Shown one piece after another: positions 18,234 through 27,452 of a DNA stretch of 64,000 nt (within the stretch, counting starts at the first letter, position 1; each line of letters begins with the position of its first letter). Origin of the DNA: an uncultured Desulfarculus sp. Its GTDB lineage: Bacteria > Desulfobacterota > Desulfarculia > Desulfarculales > Desulfarculaceae. The stretch spans positions 1,824,001 through 1,888,000 of the forward strand of contig CAXXUK010000001.1 in the NCBI GenBank assembly GCA_963665125.2, written 5' to 3'. The notes under the pieces were generated by a model. That model was given only the letters and a program-made list of their open reading frames with translations, was not told where the DNA came from and made no database searches. Position numbers and translations under genes: made by a program.

Positions 18234-19292
18234 TCAAATGTCGTCCCAGGTTATCGCCCGTCCCTGCTCCAGATCGTTTTTCAGGCTGCGGCCCACGGCA
18301 AGGCGCCAATGCTCGGGCCGAATGCCGAATCCGGGCCGGGCCAGAACCAGATCCCCGGGCGTCAAAACATGTCCAGCCTTGAGGTCCCGGCCGGCCACCA
18401 GCCCGTGACGGTTTACCAATTGGCCCTGAATCGTATCGGGGCTCCAGGTTCTGGCGGCCTCGCCCCTGGCCGTGGAAACAAAACGCACTTCATCCACGAA
18501 CTCGGCATAGTCGGCCATGTCCTCGGAAAAGACATATTCCACATAGGGCTGGGTCTTGTCCGGGGCCATGGGTTTTTCCACCACGCATGCCCCGGCGCCG
18601 ATGGCCGCCGCGATCATCAAGCGCCCAGGCGTATGGCAGGAAAAGCCCACCGGCGAATCCAGGGCTGCGGTCAGAGCGTTTATGCGCCGCAGGTCCGTGG
18701 TCTCCGGCGGCGAGGGATAGCCCGGCGGATTTACCATTATCACCAGATTTTCCCCTCCGGCCGAATAAAACTCCTCGGCGGCCCGGACGATCTCCCAAAG
18801 CTGAGTCTGGGCCGTGTCCATGAAAGCGGGTAGTCCCAGCGAGGCCACGTGGGCAATGAGCGGGTAGTGGTCGATTTCACCGGACGAAAGTTTGATGGCG
18901 CAGGCCCCCTGCCGGTGCAGAAAGTCCACTTCTTCCTTTGAACAGGCCGTGGCGAAAAACGGCTTGCCAGTTTTTTTAATCTCGGCGATGAGCTCGGCGG
19001 CCTGGTCAAACGACAGGTGGCCCTCGCGGAAGGCCTCGAACAGGTTTTGGGTCACCATGCCGTGACTGGCCGTGCCAAAGGAGAACTCCGTATCGTTGCG
19101 GTACGGCTTGGACAGCGCCGTATCAAGCTGATATATCTCAAATTTTATATAGTCGGCGTCGGCTTGGGTCGCCACCTGCACCATGCGTTTGGCCAACTCG
19201 ACGTCGCCCCTGTGGCATATGCCCAGCTCGGCGACAATCCTCACTGGGAAGTCCGGCCCCAGATCCAGGCCGCCTATGCGACATTTTTTCAT
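18234..19292 (-). CDS. NeuB-family nonulosonate synthase-like protein with SAF domain (atypical active site)
   Basis: AELGICHRGD, IKF, IKLSSGE, YPSP, VGFSCHT, VVEKP, C-terminal SAF (ARPGFGI). Confidence 0.82.
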   Translation of the reverse strand: MKKCRIGGLDLGPDFPVRIVAELGICHRGDVELAKRMVQVATQADADYIKFEIYQLDTALSKPYRNDTEFSFGTASHGMVTQNLFEAFREGHLSFDQAAELIAEIKKTGKPFFATACSKEEVDFLHRQGACAIKLSSGEIDHYPLIAHVASLGLPAFMDTAQTQLWEIVRAAEEFYSAGGENLVIMVNPPGYPSPPETTDLRRINALTAALDSPVGFSCHTPGRLMIAAAIGAGACVVEKPMAPDKTQPYVEYVFSEDMADYAEFVDEVRFVSTARGEAARTWSPDTIQGQLVNRHGLVAGRDLKAGHVLTPGDLVLARPGFGIRPEHWRLAVGRSLKNDLEQGRAITWDDI

Positions 19293-20152
19293 GCTTCACC
19301 TCGTTTCAGCGCGCCGCGCAACCATGCGATTTCCGCTTCCAGCAATTCCAGGCCTCTGGGTCCGGGCGGCACTATGCCCTCCACCACTACGGGCACCCCC
19401 GCGACGGCCGCCAGAAATTGGCGGTCAAGCCGCCCGGCGTCAGCGGTGCAAAACGAATGAACCGCCTCTATTTCGTTAAAACCGTTATCCCTGTACCAGT
19501 TGCGTCCCAGCCACTTTGAGTGATTGCTTGCATGCACGGCGGCCAGGCGCGTGACCAGTTCAGGGTCATCCATAAATTCGCGCCAGGAAAACCGGGCTTC
19601 AAAATCCTGCAAATGGGCCGTATCCAGGACCAGGCCGAAGTCCCGGTGTTCGGGCGGCCAGCCCCGGAAGTGCTCCGGCCGGTTGCCGTAGGCCTTTTCC
19701 GCGTCCATGAACTCAAAACAGACCCGACAGTCGTCAAAGACATCGGCCAGCATGTCCAGGGGCCGCGAACAGCCGCCCACAAGCATGTCGGCGTGGATCA
19801 CCAGCATGGCCGCGCCCACCTGCCGGGCCAGACGCCGGATATTCACCAGCCGTTTTTCAAAGGCCGCGTAGTCTACCTGCCCGGCCCATGGGATGTCGTA
19901 AAAGTCGGTATGTAGCGACACCATGGGCAGATCGCGCAAATAGCTGGTCTGGGCCTGGTTGAACACAGGCAGGCCGCCGCCCCGGCCGTCAAAAAACCAG
20001 ATATCAACGCCGTCAATGGAGGGCCTGTGCTCCATGATCAGCTCCAGGCTTTTGGCCGCGTCATAAGGTTGACGCCAGAACCAAAAGGTGGAGGTGGACA
20101 ATAGGATCAGCGAGTTATCCGAATATTGCCCCATAAAACAACCGTTTCGCAT
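19289..20152 (-). CDS. Xylose-isomerase-like TIM barrel (sugar phosphate isomerase/epimerase family)
   Basis: SLH, LVIH, CFEFM, LVLDTAHL, VHASN, VVVEG metal-site pattern. Confidence 0.65.
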   Translation of the reverse strand: MRNGCFMGQYSDNSLILLSTSTFWFWRQPYDAAKSLELIMEHRPSIDGVDIWFFDGRGGGLPVFNQAQTSYLRDLPMVSLHTDFYDIPWAGQVDYAAFEKRLVNIRRLARQVGAAMLVIHADMLVGGCSRPLDMLADVFDDCRVCFEFMDAEKAYGNRPEHFRGWPPEHRDFGLVLDTAHLQDFEARFSWREFMDDPELVTRLAAVHASNHSKWLGRNWYRDNGFNEIEAVHSFCTADAGRLDRQFLAAVAGVPVVVEGIVPPGPRGLELLEAEIAWLRGALKRGEA

Positions 20153-20225
20153 TACGCCTCCGGCCGCCCGCCCCATCGGCTTTGGCGGCGTCTGGCAAGC
20201 CCGAAAATCATAGTATCAAACATAA

Positions 20226-20241
20226 AGCAAAAACAGGGCCA
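20226..20241 (-). promoter_or_regulatory. Candidate sigma54 promoter of isomerase-neuB-neuA operon
   Basis: Minus strand TGGCCCTGTTTTTGCT = GG-N10-GC. Confidence 0.7.
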
Positions 20242-20341
20242 AAGAAATGGCCAAGGCAGCCGGGCGGGCTGATAACAAAGCCAGTTTTCGGTGAGTTGTG
20301 TTATCATGCCTCAGTTCAACCTCGGCAAAGTCAGGTATTTC

Positions 20342-20878
20342 ATGGATGTACTGACCCTGGAAATATGCCGCCCCATCCGAAGCCACGCTCAATACGTCAT
20401 GCAGTGGCGCAACGATCCCCACACCCTGAGAATGAGCTATCATGGTCAGCCCCGGCAGTGGTCCGAATTTTGGACCGATTTCCAGGCCCAATTCGCGCCG
20501 GAGGCGGGTAGAAGGCATTTTTTCGCCGTTTACCGGGGCCAAAAGGCGGCATACCTGCGCCTGGACCCATGCCCCCACCCGGAAAGGCCCGACGCGGCCT
20601 GCTATGAGGTTTCCATCAACGTTGCCCCCCAATTTCGCGGCCGCGGCGTCGGCTCGGGGGCGCTGAATCTGGCGGCCCGAGCTGTCGAGGCCCTGGGCGG
20701 CGACAGCCTCCGCGCCGAGGTGCGGGTAATAAATGAGGCCTCGCTGGCCTGTTTCTGCAAGGCGGGCTTCCGCGACCTGGGCCGTCGGATCAAGCACGTG
20801 GCCGACACGGGCGAGGATGCGGATATCCATGTCCTGGTCCGTGACCTGCACGTGTCGCCGGGGGGAGAACAAGACTGA
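20342..20878 (+). CDS. GNAT N-acetyltransferase, PseH-like
   Basis: WRNDP, EVSINVAPQFRGRGVG, NEASLACFCKAGF; start uncertain (20306 or 20342). Confidence 0.8.
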   Translation: MDVLTLEICRPIRSHAQYVMQWRNDPHTLRMSYHGQPRQWSEFWTDFQAQFAPEAGRRHFFAVYRGQKAAYLRLDPCPHPERPDAACYEVSINVAPQFRGRGVGSGALNLAARAVEALGGDSLRAEVRVINEASLACFCKAGFRDLGRRIKHVADTGEDADIHVLVRDLHVSPGGEQD

Positions 20879-21591
20879 TGACCCCGGACACCCTCACCGC
20901 CATAAGACCCAATTGCCGTCTGGAGGTGACGCCGGACGACATGTCTTTGACGCCCGAACAGCATCTTACCGTTGAGCGCATTTGGAAGGATGAAACTGCG
21001 GCCAACCCCAAGCTGTTCAACGGCAGGCAGTTGAGCGTGGTGCAGATCACTCCGGAGGCCATCCGTTGCCGGGCCGTGGAATACCGCTTTATATTGTCTC
21101 ACCTCCGCCAACCGGGAGCGATACCCGGCCTGGTCCTGCACCCCCTGGCCCTAACCGTGGTCTTGGAGGCTGGCGGTTCGGTCATATTTGGCAAGCGGTC
21201 ACAAGAAGTTAGCCAGATGCCGGGCTATTGGGAGCCCGCGCCGTCCGGCGGCGTGGAATTCACCGCGACCGGCCAAGCCCCGGCGGGTATACGGGACCAG
21301 GCCCTGCGGGAGTTGCGGGAAGAACTGGGCCTCCGGCCGGAACACATCGCATCGCTGGTCCCCCTGGCGGTGTTCCAGGATCCGGTCAGCCGGGTGGCCG
21401 ATATCTGCGTGCACGCCAGGGCCAATATTTCGGCACAAACATTGCTTACACTTTTTAATGAGTTATCGGGCTGGGAGTACGAGACCGTCGCTGCGGTGCC
21501 GCTGGCGCGGCTGCCAGAGTTCACGGCCCAACACCAGGGGAGGTTGGTTGCTCCCACATTGCCCTTTTTACGCAAATGCAAGTTGATGTGA
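20878..21591 (+). CDS. NUDIX hydrolase
   Basis: WEPAPSGGVE...ALRELREELGL Nudix box; TGATG coupling to the GNAT gene. Confidence 0.82.
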   Translation: MTPDTLTAIRPNCRLEVTPDDMSLTPEQHLTVERIWKDETAANPKLFNGRQLSVVQITPEAIRCRAVEYRFILSHLRQPGAIPGLVLHPLALTVVLEAGGSVIFGKRSQEVSQMPGYWEPAPSGGVEFTATGQAPAGIRDQALRELREELGLRPEHIASLVPLAVFQDPVSRVADICVHARANISAQTLLTLFNELSGWEYETVAAVPLARLPEFTAQHQGRLVAPTLPFLRKCKLM

Positions 21592-21601
21592 CGAGGTCGT
21601 C

Positions 21602-22321
21602 GTGGATGTAGCGGTCATACCGGCCAGGGGCGGCAGCAAAAGAATCCCCGGCAAAAACATACGCAATTTCTGCGGACGCCCTCTCATTGAATATTCCATC
21701 AATGCTGCCCGCCAAGCCGGTGTTTTCGGCCGAGTTATCGTATCCACCGATACGGACGAAATCGCCCGCATCGCCAGTCAAGCCGGAGCCGAAGTCCCGT
21801 TCACCAGGCCGTCCGAACTCTCTGACGACTTCACGCCCACGGCCGATGTCCTGCTCCACGCCCTGGCCTGGTTGGAGGCCCAAGGCTGCTCCGTGGACGC
21901 CCTGTGCTGCATCTACGCCACCGCCCCCATGATCTCGGCGGAGGACATCCGCCAGGGCCGCCGCCTGCTGGCCGCCGGGGGCGCCTCGGCGGTCATCGCC
22001 GTAACCGGCTTCGACTTTCCGATATTCCGGGCCTTCAAGGCCTCGGACGACGGCCGCCTAGCCATGATTTGGCCCGAACATGAATTGACGCGTTCCAACG
22101 ACCTGCCCCGGGCCCTTCACGACGCCGGGCAGTTTTATTGGCTGGACGCCCCGTCGTTCGTAAAAAACAAGAAGATCTACGCGGACGACGCCGTGGCCCT
22201 GGTCATTCCGCGCCACCGGGTCCAGGATATAGACACCCCCGAAGACTGGCTCATGGCCGAGGCCTTGTACAATGCGCTCCGGCAAATGGGCCAACAAGAC
22301 ACGAATGGCGGTGCCAATTGA
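21602..22321 (+). CDS. pseF: Pseudaminic acid cytidylyltransferase
   Basis: IPARGGSKRIPGKNIR, CCIYATAP, RSNDL, HDAGQFYW, VQDIDTPEDW. Confidence 0.88.
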   Translation: MDVAVIPARGGSKRIPGKNIRNFCGRPLIEYSINAARQAGVFGRVIVSTDTDEIARIASQAGAEVPFTRPSELSDDFTPTADVLLHALAWLEAQGCSVDALCCIYATAPMISAEDIRQGRRLLAAGGASAVIAVTGFDFPIFRAFKASDDGRLAMIWPEHELTRSNDLPRALHDAGQFYWLDAPSFVKNKKIYADDAVALVIPRHRVQDIDTPEDWLMAEALYNALRQMGQQDTNGGAN

Positions 22322-22962
22322 CAGACAAAACCAAACAGGCCCAAAACTGGGCATCGGATTTCGGCAAACAGTACACCGACCGCAACGCCCAGAGTCTCGA
22401 GGAGATGGAGCAACTTTTCGTCCAGAACTTTGGCGTGAGCCGCACGGAAATGAACGCCCGGTTTCTGGAGGGTCTGTCCAGGGACATCTCCATTCTCGAA
22501 GTAGGCTGCAACATAGGCAATCAGCTATTGTGCCTGCAAAAATTGGGCTTCAGCAACCTGACCGGGCTGGAGGTCCAGCCCTATGCCGCGGCCAAGGCCA
22601 AGCAGCGCTGCCCGGGGATCGAAATCATCGAGGGCTCGGCCCAGGATTTGGACTCCGACGCACGTTACGACCTGGTGTTCACCTCCGGCGTTTTGATCCA
22701 CATCGCCCCGGAAGACCTGGCCCAGGTCATGGCCAACATCCACTCATGCTCCCGCCGCTATATCTGGGGTTATGAGTATTGGGCTGAAAACCTTCAGGAA
22801 GTGGCCTACCGCGACCACCGGCAGATGATGTGGAAAGGCGACTATGCCGCCCTCTACCTTGAAAATTTCTCCGACCTGAGCCTGGTCAAACAGGAGAAGT
22901 ACAAGTATCTGGCCAACCAGAACATGGACGCCATGTTCCTGTTGAAAAAGACCGGCAGATAG
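22318..22962 (+). CDS. Pseudaminic acid biosynthesis-associated SAM-dependent methylase
   Basis: WASDFGKQYTDRN, ILEVGCNIG, DLVFTSGVLIHI; TTG start overlapping pseF stop. Confidence 0.85.
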   Translation: MTDKTKQAQNWASDFGKQYTDRNAQSLEEMEQLFVQNFGVSRTEMNARFLEGLSRDISILEVGCNIGNQLLCLQKLGFSNLTGLEVQPYAAAKAKQRCPGIEIIEGSAQDLDSDARYDLVFTSGVLIHIAPEDLAQVMANIHSCSRRYIWGYEYWAENLQEVAYRDHRQMMWKGDYAALYLENFSDLSLVKQEKYKYLANQNMDAMFLLKKTGR

Positions 22963-22966
22963 AGCC

Positions 22967-24004
22967 ATGGGTCACGGTGTATTCATAATCGCCGAGGCGG
23001 GCTCCAACTGGCGCCTGGGATCATCGGCCAGGGACACAGCCATGGGCAAGGCCTTGATCGAATGTGCCGCCGAGGCCGGAGCCGACGCGGTCAAGTTCCA
23101 GACCTACCGCCCGGAAACGGTGTACGTGCCCAACGCCGGAACCAGCAATTATCTGAGACAGGGCGGCGAACAGCGGGAAATCGGCGAAATTTTCGCTGAC
23201 TTGGCCATGCCCTACGAGATGATCCCCGTCCTGGCCAGGCACGCGGCGGAGTGCGGCCTGGAGTTTATGAGCACGCCGTTTTCCCGGGCCGATTTCGCAG
23301 CCCTGGACCCGTTCGTGCGCACGCACAAGATAGCCTCGTACGAAATATCCCATCTGCGGCTTTTGCAGATGACCGGGGCCAGCGGCAAGCCGCTGATATT
23401 GTCCACCGGGGCCAGCACCATGGAGGACATCGCCTGGGCCGTGGACCAGTTCCGCCGGGCGGGCGGCGCGGATTTGACCCTTCTGCAATGCACGGCCAAA
23501 TATCCGGCTCCGCCGGAGAGCCTTAACCTGCGGGTTCTGTCGGGCCTGGCCGCCGAATTCGGCCTGCCGGTGGGCCTTTCGGACCACAGCCGCCACCCGC
23601 TGCTGGCTCCGGTGGCCGCCGTGGCCATGGGTGCGGTGGTCATCGAAAAACACTTTACCCTGCACAATCGCCTGCCGGGACCGGACCACGCTTTTGCCGT
23701 CACGGCCGAAGAATTGAAGCAAATGGTTCAGGCCGTACGAATAGCCGAGGAAATGTTAGGATCTGAAGTAAAGGCCGTCTTTCCCCAGGAGAAGGAGTTG
23801 GCCCTGTTCGCCCGCCGGGGCCTACAGGCAATCCGCGACATCGCGCCAGGCGAGGCGCTGCAAGAAGGTGTCAACTTCGACATCCTGCGGCCGGGCAACC
23901 AGAAACCCGGCCTGCACCCCAGACATCTGGAGCGAATCCAGGGCCGCACAGCCTCCAGGCATATCGCCCTGGGCAGCGGTTTGGACGAGGGAGACTGGAT
24001 CTGA
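22967..24004 (+). CDS. NeuB-family synthase (PseI/SpsE-like) with SAF domain
   Basis: IIAEAGSN, AVKFQT, STPF, KIAS, LSTG, QCTAKYP, GLSDHS, IEKHFTL, PDH. Confidence 0.92.
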   Translation: MGHGVFIIAEAGSNWRLGSSARDTAMGKALIECAAEAGADAVKFQTYRPETVYVPNAGTSNYLRQGGEQREIGEIFADLAMPYEMIPVLARHAAECGLEFMSTPFSRADFAALDPFVRTHKIASYEISHLRLLQMTGASGKPLILSTGASTMEDIAWAVDQFRRAGGADLTLLQCTAKYPAPPESLNLRVLSGLAAEFGLPVGLSDHSRHPLLAPVAAVAMGAVVIEKHFTLHNRLPGPDHAFAVTAEELKQMVQAVRIAEEMLGSEVKAVFPQEKELALFARRGLQAIRDIAPGEALQEGVNFDILRPGNQKPGLHPRHLERIQGRTASRHIALGSGLDEGDWI

Positions 24005-24090
24005 CGTAAATCGGGGATCGGGCGCCAGCGGTTATGCTACACTGCACCCCAGTTGGCGCTGCCGGACATGCTCAAGACCTAGGAGGGGTC

Positions 24091-25077
24091 ATGATAGACA
24101 ATGCGATCATACTGGTCACCGGGGCCACCGGTTCTTTCGGCCGGGTTTGCGTTCGCTACATTCTCAACAACTTCAAGCCGCGTAAACTGATCGTGTTCAG
24201 TAGGGATGAACTCAAGCAATGGGAAATGGCCCAGGAGTTCACCGAGGAGCAGCGCGACACTCTGCGGTTTTTCCTTGGCGACGTCCGCGACCTCAAGCGC
24301 TTGGAGCGCGCCTTTCACGACGTCAACGTTGTCATCCACGCGGCGGCCCTAAAGCAGGTTCCGGCCCTGGAATACAACCCCAGCGAGGCCATACACACCA
24401 ACGTACTTGGCGCTGAAAACATCATCAACGCCGCCATCGACAAGGGCGTGGGCCGGGTCATCTGCCTGAGCACGGACAAAGCCGTCAACCCCATCAACCT
24501 CTACGGCGCCACCAAACTGTGCTCGGACAAGCTGTTCGTAGCCGCCAACAGGCTCTCTGACAAACACGGCACCAAATTCTCGGTGGTGCGCTACGGCAAC
24601 GTGGTGGCCAGCCGAGGCAGCGTGGTCCAGCTCTTCGCCAAGTGCGTGGAGGAAAACACCCCCATACCCATAACCGACGAGCGGATGACCCGTTTCTGGA
24701 TAACCCTGGACAAGGCCGTTGATTTTGTGATGAAGCGGCTGGAGGACATGAAGGGCGGCGAGGTCTTCGTGCCCAAGATGGGCAGCCTCAAGCTCACCGA
24801 CGTGGCGCGGATGCTCGCCCCCGGCCGCCCCTTGAAGATTATCGGCATCCGGCCCGGCGAAAAGCTGCACGAGACAATGATACCCATTGACGAGGCCCTC
24901 TACACAGTGGACATGGGCAGCCATTACATCATCCACTCGCCGCTGGTGAGCCTGGACCGTTACAAGCCGGACATCGGCCCCATGGTCCCCGAGGGCTTCC
25001 ACTATTCCAGCGACAACAACCAAAGATGGTTGACCGACGATGAGTTCATGGCCATGGTCAAGGTCGCCAAGGCCTGA
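24091..25077 (+). CDS. pseB: UDP-N-acetylglucosamine 4,6-dehydratase (inverting)
   Basis: TGATGSFG, FSRDELKQ, HAAALKQVP, LSTDKAVNPINLYGATKL, RYGNV, RMTRFWITL, GIRPGEKLHE. Confidence 0.93.
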   Translation: MIDNAIILVTGATGSFGRVCVRYILNNFKPRKLIVFSRDELKQWEMAQEFTEEQRDTLRFFLGDVRDLKRLERAFHDVNVVIHAAALKQVPALEYNPSEAIHTNVLGAENIINAAIDKGVGRVICLSTDKAVNPINLYGATKLCSDKLFVAANRLSDKHGTKFSVVRYGNVVASRGSVVQLFAKCVEENTPIPITDERMTRFWITLDKAVDFVMKRLEDMKGGEVFVPKMGSLKLTDVARMLAPGRPLKIIGIRPGEKLHETMIPIDEALYTVDMGSHYIIHSPLVSLDRYKPDIGPMVPEGFHYSSDNNQRWLTDDEFMAMVKVAKA

Positions 25078-25106
25078 TCATACGAATACGGCGATGAAGA
25101 GACAAA

Positions 25107-26060
25107 GTGAGCGATGACGCCAAATATCGGCGGCCCTTTCCCGAGGTAATCCGGCTGGAGCCCGCTGCCACGTGCAACCTGCGCTGCATCCATTGCCCCA
25201 CCGGATGCGGCGGCGGACCCAAGGGATTGATGACGCCGGAAACGTTCGAGGTTTTGCTTGAACAGTTGCGGCCCCACGGCCCCCGTATCAGGGTCGCCGT
25301 GCTCTATCATGGCGGCGAACCGCTGTTGAACAAGCATTTTTTCCGCATGGCCGCCGGTATCAAGCAACTTGGCGTGCCTTTTGTCAAAACCGTCAGCAAC
25401 GGCATGCTCCTGGACAAGCAGGCCGCCGGAGAGATGATCGATTGCGGCATTGACGCGGTGGAGTTTTCCCTGGACGGCCTGTCGCCCGAAGACAACGACC
25501 GCATCCGTCGGGGCGACGATTTCCGGCGCGTCGTCACCAACGTTCGGCGGCTGCTGGAGTTGAAAAAATCCCTGAACCGTTCGACGCCCAAGGTTTCCAT
25601 AGCCAGCACCCAGTTCATCGACCAGGCCCTGACCGACGATCTGGCCCAGGCGGGATCGGCGGTGGCCGAGACGTTTCCCCTGGCGCCGCTGTTTTTACGC
25701 GAATGCTTCGACGATTTTCCCGAGGTCGAATTTCTGCCCACCTGGGCCATGCTGTGGCCGGCCATGTCTTTGGATCGCCAGCGTTTCAGCGCCTTCACCG
25801 ACACAACCCCCCAGCACCTAACCCGTTGCGGCCATCTGGACGAAGTACTCACCATTCGCCATAACGGCGACATCGTGCCTTGCTGCCTGGACCTTACCAG
25901 CCGCTATGTCATCGGCAACGCCCTGGAAGATGGGCTGGAGGGGGTCTGGAACAACCCGCGCATGCTGGCCATCCGCCGGGCCATGGCCACCGGGCGGCAC
26001 ATTGCGCCCTGCGACAGCTGCCTGTTGGTCAATACGCCGGTCTTTTTGATCAGGAAATAG
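25107..26060 (+). CDS. Radical SAM protein with SPASM/twitch domain
   Basis: CNLRCIHC, GGEPLL, SLDG; C-terminal C...GDIVPCC...IGN...CDSC. Confidence 0.9.
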   Translation: MSDDAKYRRPFPEVIRLEPAATCNLRCIHCPTGCGGGPKGLMTPETFEVLLEQLRPHGPRIRVAVLYHGGEPLLNKHFFRMAAGIKQLGVPFVKTVSNGMLLDKQAAGEMIDCGIDAVEFSLDGLSPEDNDRIRRGDDFRRVVTNVRRLLELKKSLNRSTPKVSIASTQFIDQALTDDLAQAGSAVAETFPLAPLFLRECFDDFPEVEFLPTWAMLWPAMSLDRQRFSAFTDTTPQHLTRCGHLDEVLTIRHNGDIVPCCLDLTSRYVIGNALEDGLEGVWNNPRMLAIRRAMATGRHIAPCDSCLLVNTPVFLIRK

Positions 26061-26841
26061 CGCCGATATTGGCGTCGCGCACGGCCACGCCGTGCCGGGC
26101 CAAATAGCGTTTGGCCTCCAGCGGCGTCTGCTGGGTGAAGTGGAAGATGCTGGCCGCCGCGCAGGCCGACGCTCCGGCTGTGGTCAGGGCCTGATAGAAA
26201 TCCTCATATCCGCCGGCGCCGCCCGAGGCGATGACCGGCACGGGCACCGCCCGGCTGACCATGCCGATAAGCTCGAGGTCATAGCCCTCCATGGTGCCGT
26301 CGCATTCGATGTTGGTGATGAGGATTTCCCCTGCGCCGCGTTCAACCATGGTCCGGGCCCAATCCACCGGGCTGACGCCCCGATCCACCGTGCCGCAATC
26401 GCTGAAGCAGGAATAAGAGCCGTCGGGCAGACGACGGGTGTCGATACACGCTACCAGGCACTGAGCCCCGAAACGGTCCGCCGCCTTTTGGATCATTGCC
26501 GGATCGTCGTAGGCCGCGGTGTTGATGCATACTTTGTCCGCGCCGGCCAGCAGCAGCAGGCGGATGTCCTCCACCGAAGCGATGCCGCCGCCGATGGTCA
26601 GAGGCGCGAAGCACTCCGAGGCGTACAGTTCCACCTCGTCCAGGGGCGGTATGCGGCCCTGCCTGGTGGCCGTGATGTCCAGCAGGATCAGTTCATCCAC
26701 CTCGCGGATGTTGTAGACCTTGATGGAAGGCAACACCGAGCCCACCCGACGGCTGCTGTCAAAGCCCCGGCCCTTGACCAGGCCGACATCCTTCCAGAGC
26801 ATTGTCGGTATGATGCGGTGTTTGAGCAACGTGTTCCTCAC
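26050..26841 (-). CDS. HisF-like cyclase subunit (WbuZ/AglZ type), copy 2
   Basis: KHRIIP, VKG, VDELILLDI, PLTIGGGI, DGTMEGYD, VIASGG, AASIFHF; GTG start overlapping hisH stop. Confidence 0.9.
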   Translation of the reverse strand: MRNTLLKHRIIPTMLWKDVGLVKGRGFDSSRRVGSVLPSIKVYNIREVDELILLDITATRQGRIPPLDEVELYASECFAPLTIGGGIASVEDIRLLLLAGADKVCINTAAYDDPAMIQKAADRFGAQCLVACIDTRRLPDGSYSCFSDCGTVDRGVSPVDWARTMVERGAGEILITNIECDGTMEGYDLELIGMVSRAVPVPVIASGGAGGYEDFYQALTTAGASACAAASIFHFTQQTPLEAKRYLARHGVAVRDANIGAIS

Positions 26842-27452
26842 ATGGACAGAAAGTTGGCCAATATCTTCAGGCCGTGTTTCTGGCTCTTTTCCGGATGAAA
26901 TTGCAGGCCGACGATGTTGCCCCGCCGCACCGCCGAGACAAATCCGCCGCAATAGGGGGTGGTGCCGATGACGTCTTCATCGCGTGCCGCCGCGAAATGG
27001 TAAGAATGCACGAAATACAAGTCGGTTCCCTGGGGCACGCCTTGCCATAGCGCGCTTTGGCCCTGTTGACGCAGTTCGTTCCAGCCGATGTGCGGGATGC
27101 GCTCATGGGCGTTGCCGGTCTCCAGGCGCACCACCTCGCCGGGCACCAGGCCCAGGCCCCTGGTCAAGCCGCCCTCGGTGCCGCTGTCGGCTAACAACTG
27201 CATGCCCAGACAAATGCCCAAAAGGGGCACGCCAACATCCTTGGCCGCGTGCTCCAGGGCATGGTCCCATCCCGCGGCTGCCAGGTTTTGCATGCCCTGG
27301 GCAAAGGAGCCCACCCCGGGCAGAATGATGTGGCTGGCGCGGCCGGCCTCGACCGGGTCGGCGGAAACCAACGCACTGTGCCCGCACTCCTCCACGGCCC
27401 GGCGCACCGAGCCCAGGTTGCCCATGCCGTAATCAACCAGTAGAACGCTCAT
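26838..27452 (-). CDS. HisH-like glutamine amidotransferase, copy 2
   Basis: DYGMGNLGSV, ILPGVGSF, GICLGMQ, PHIGWN, YFVHSY, QFHPEKS. Confidence 0.93.
   Translation of the reverse strand: MSVLLVDYGMGNLGSVRRAVEECGHSALVSADPVEAGRASHIILPGVGSFAQGMQNLAAAGWDHALEHAAKDVGVPLLGICLGMQLLADSGTEGGLTRGLGLVPGEVVRLETGNAHERIPHIGWNELRQQGQSALWQGVPQGTDLYFVHSYHFAAARDEDVIGTTPYCGGFVSAVRRGNIVGLQFHPEKSQKHGLKILANFLSM

Noticed and set aside
15220..27452. hisH/hisF pairs as histidine biosynthesis genes
   Set aside because: No other his genes nearby; each pair is operonic with a WbuX amidotransferase, so no his symbols were assigned
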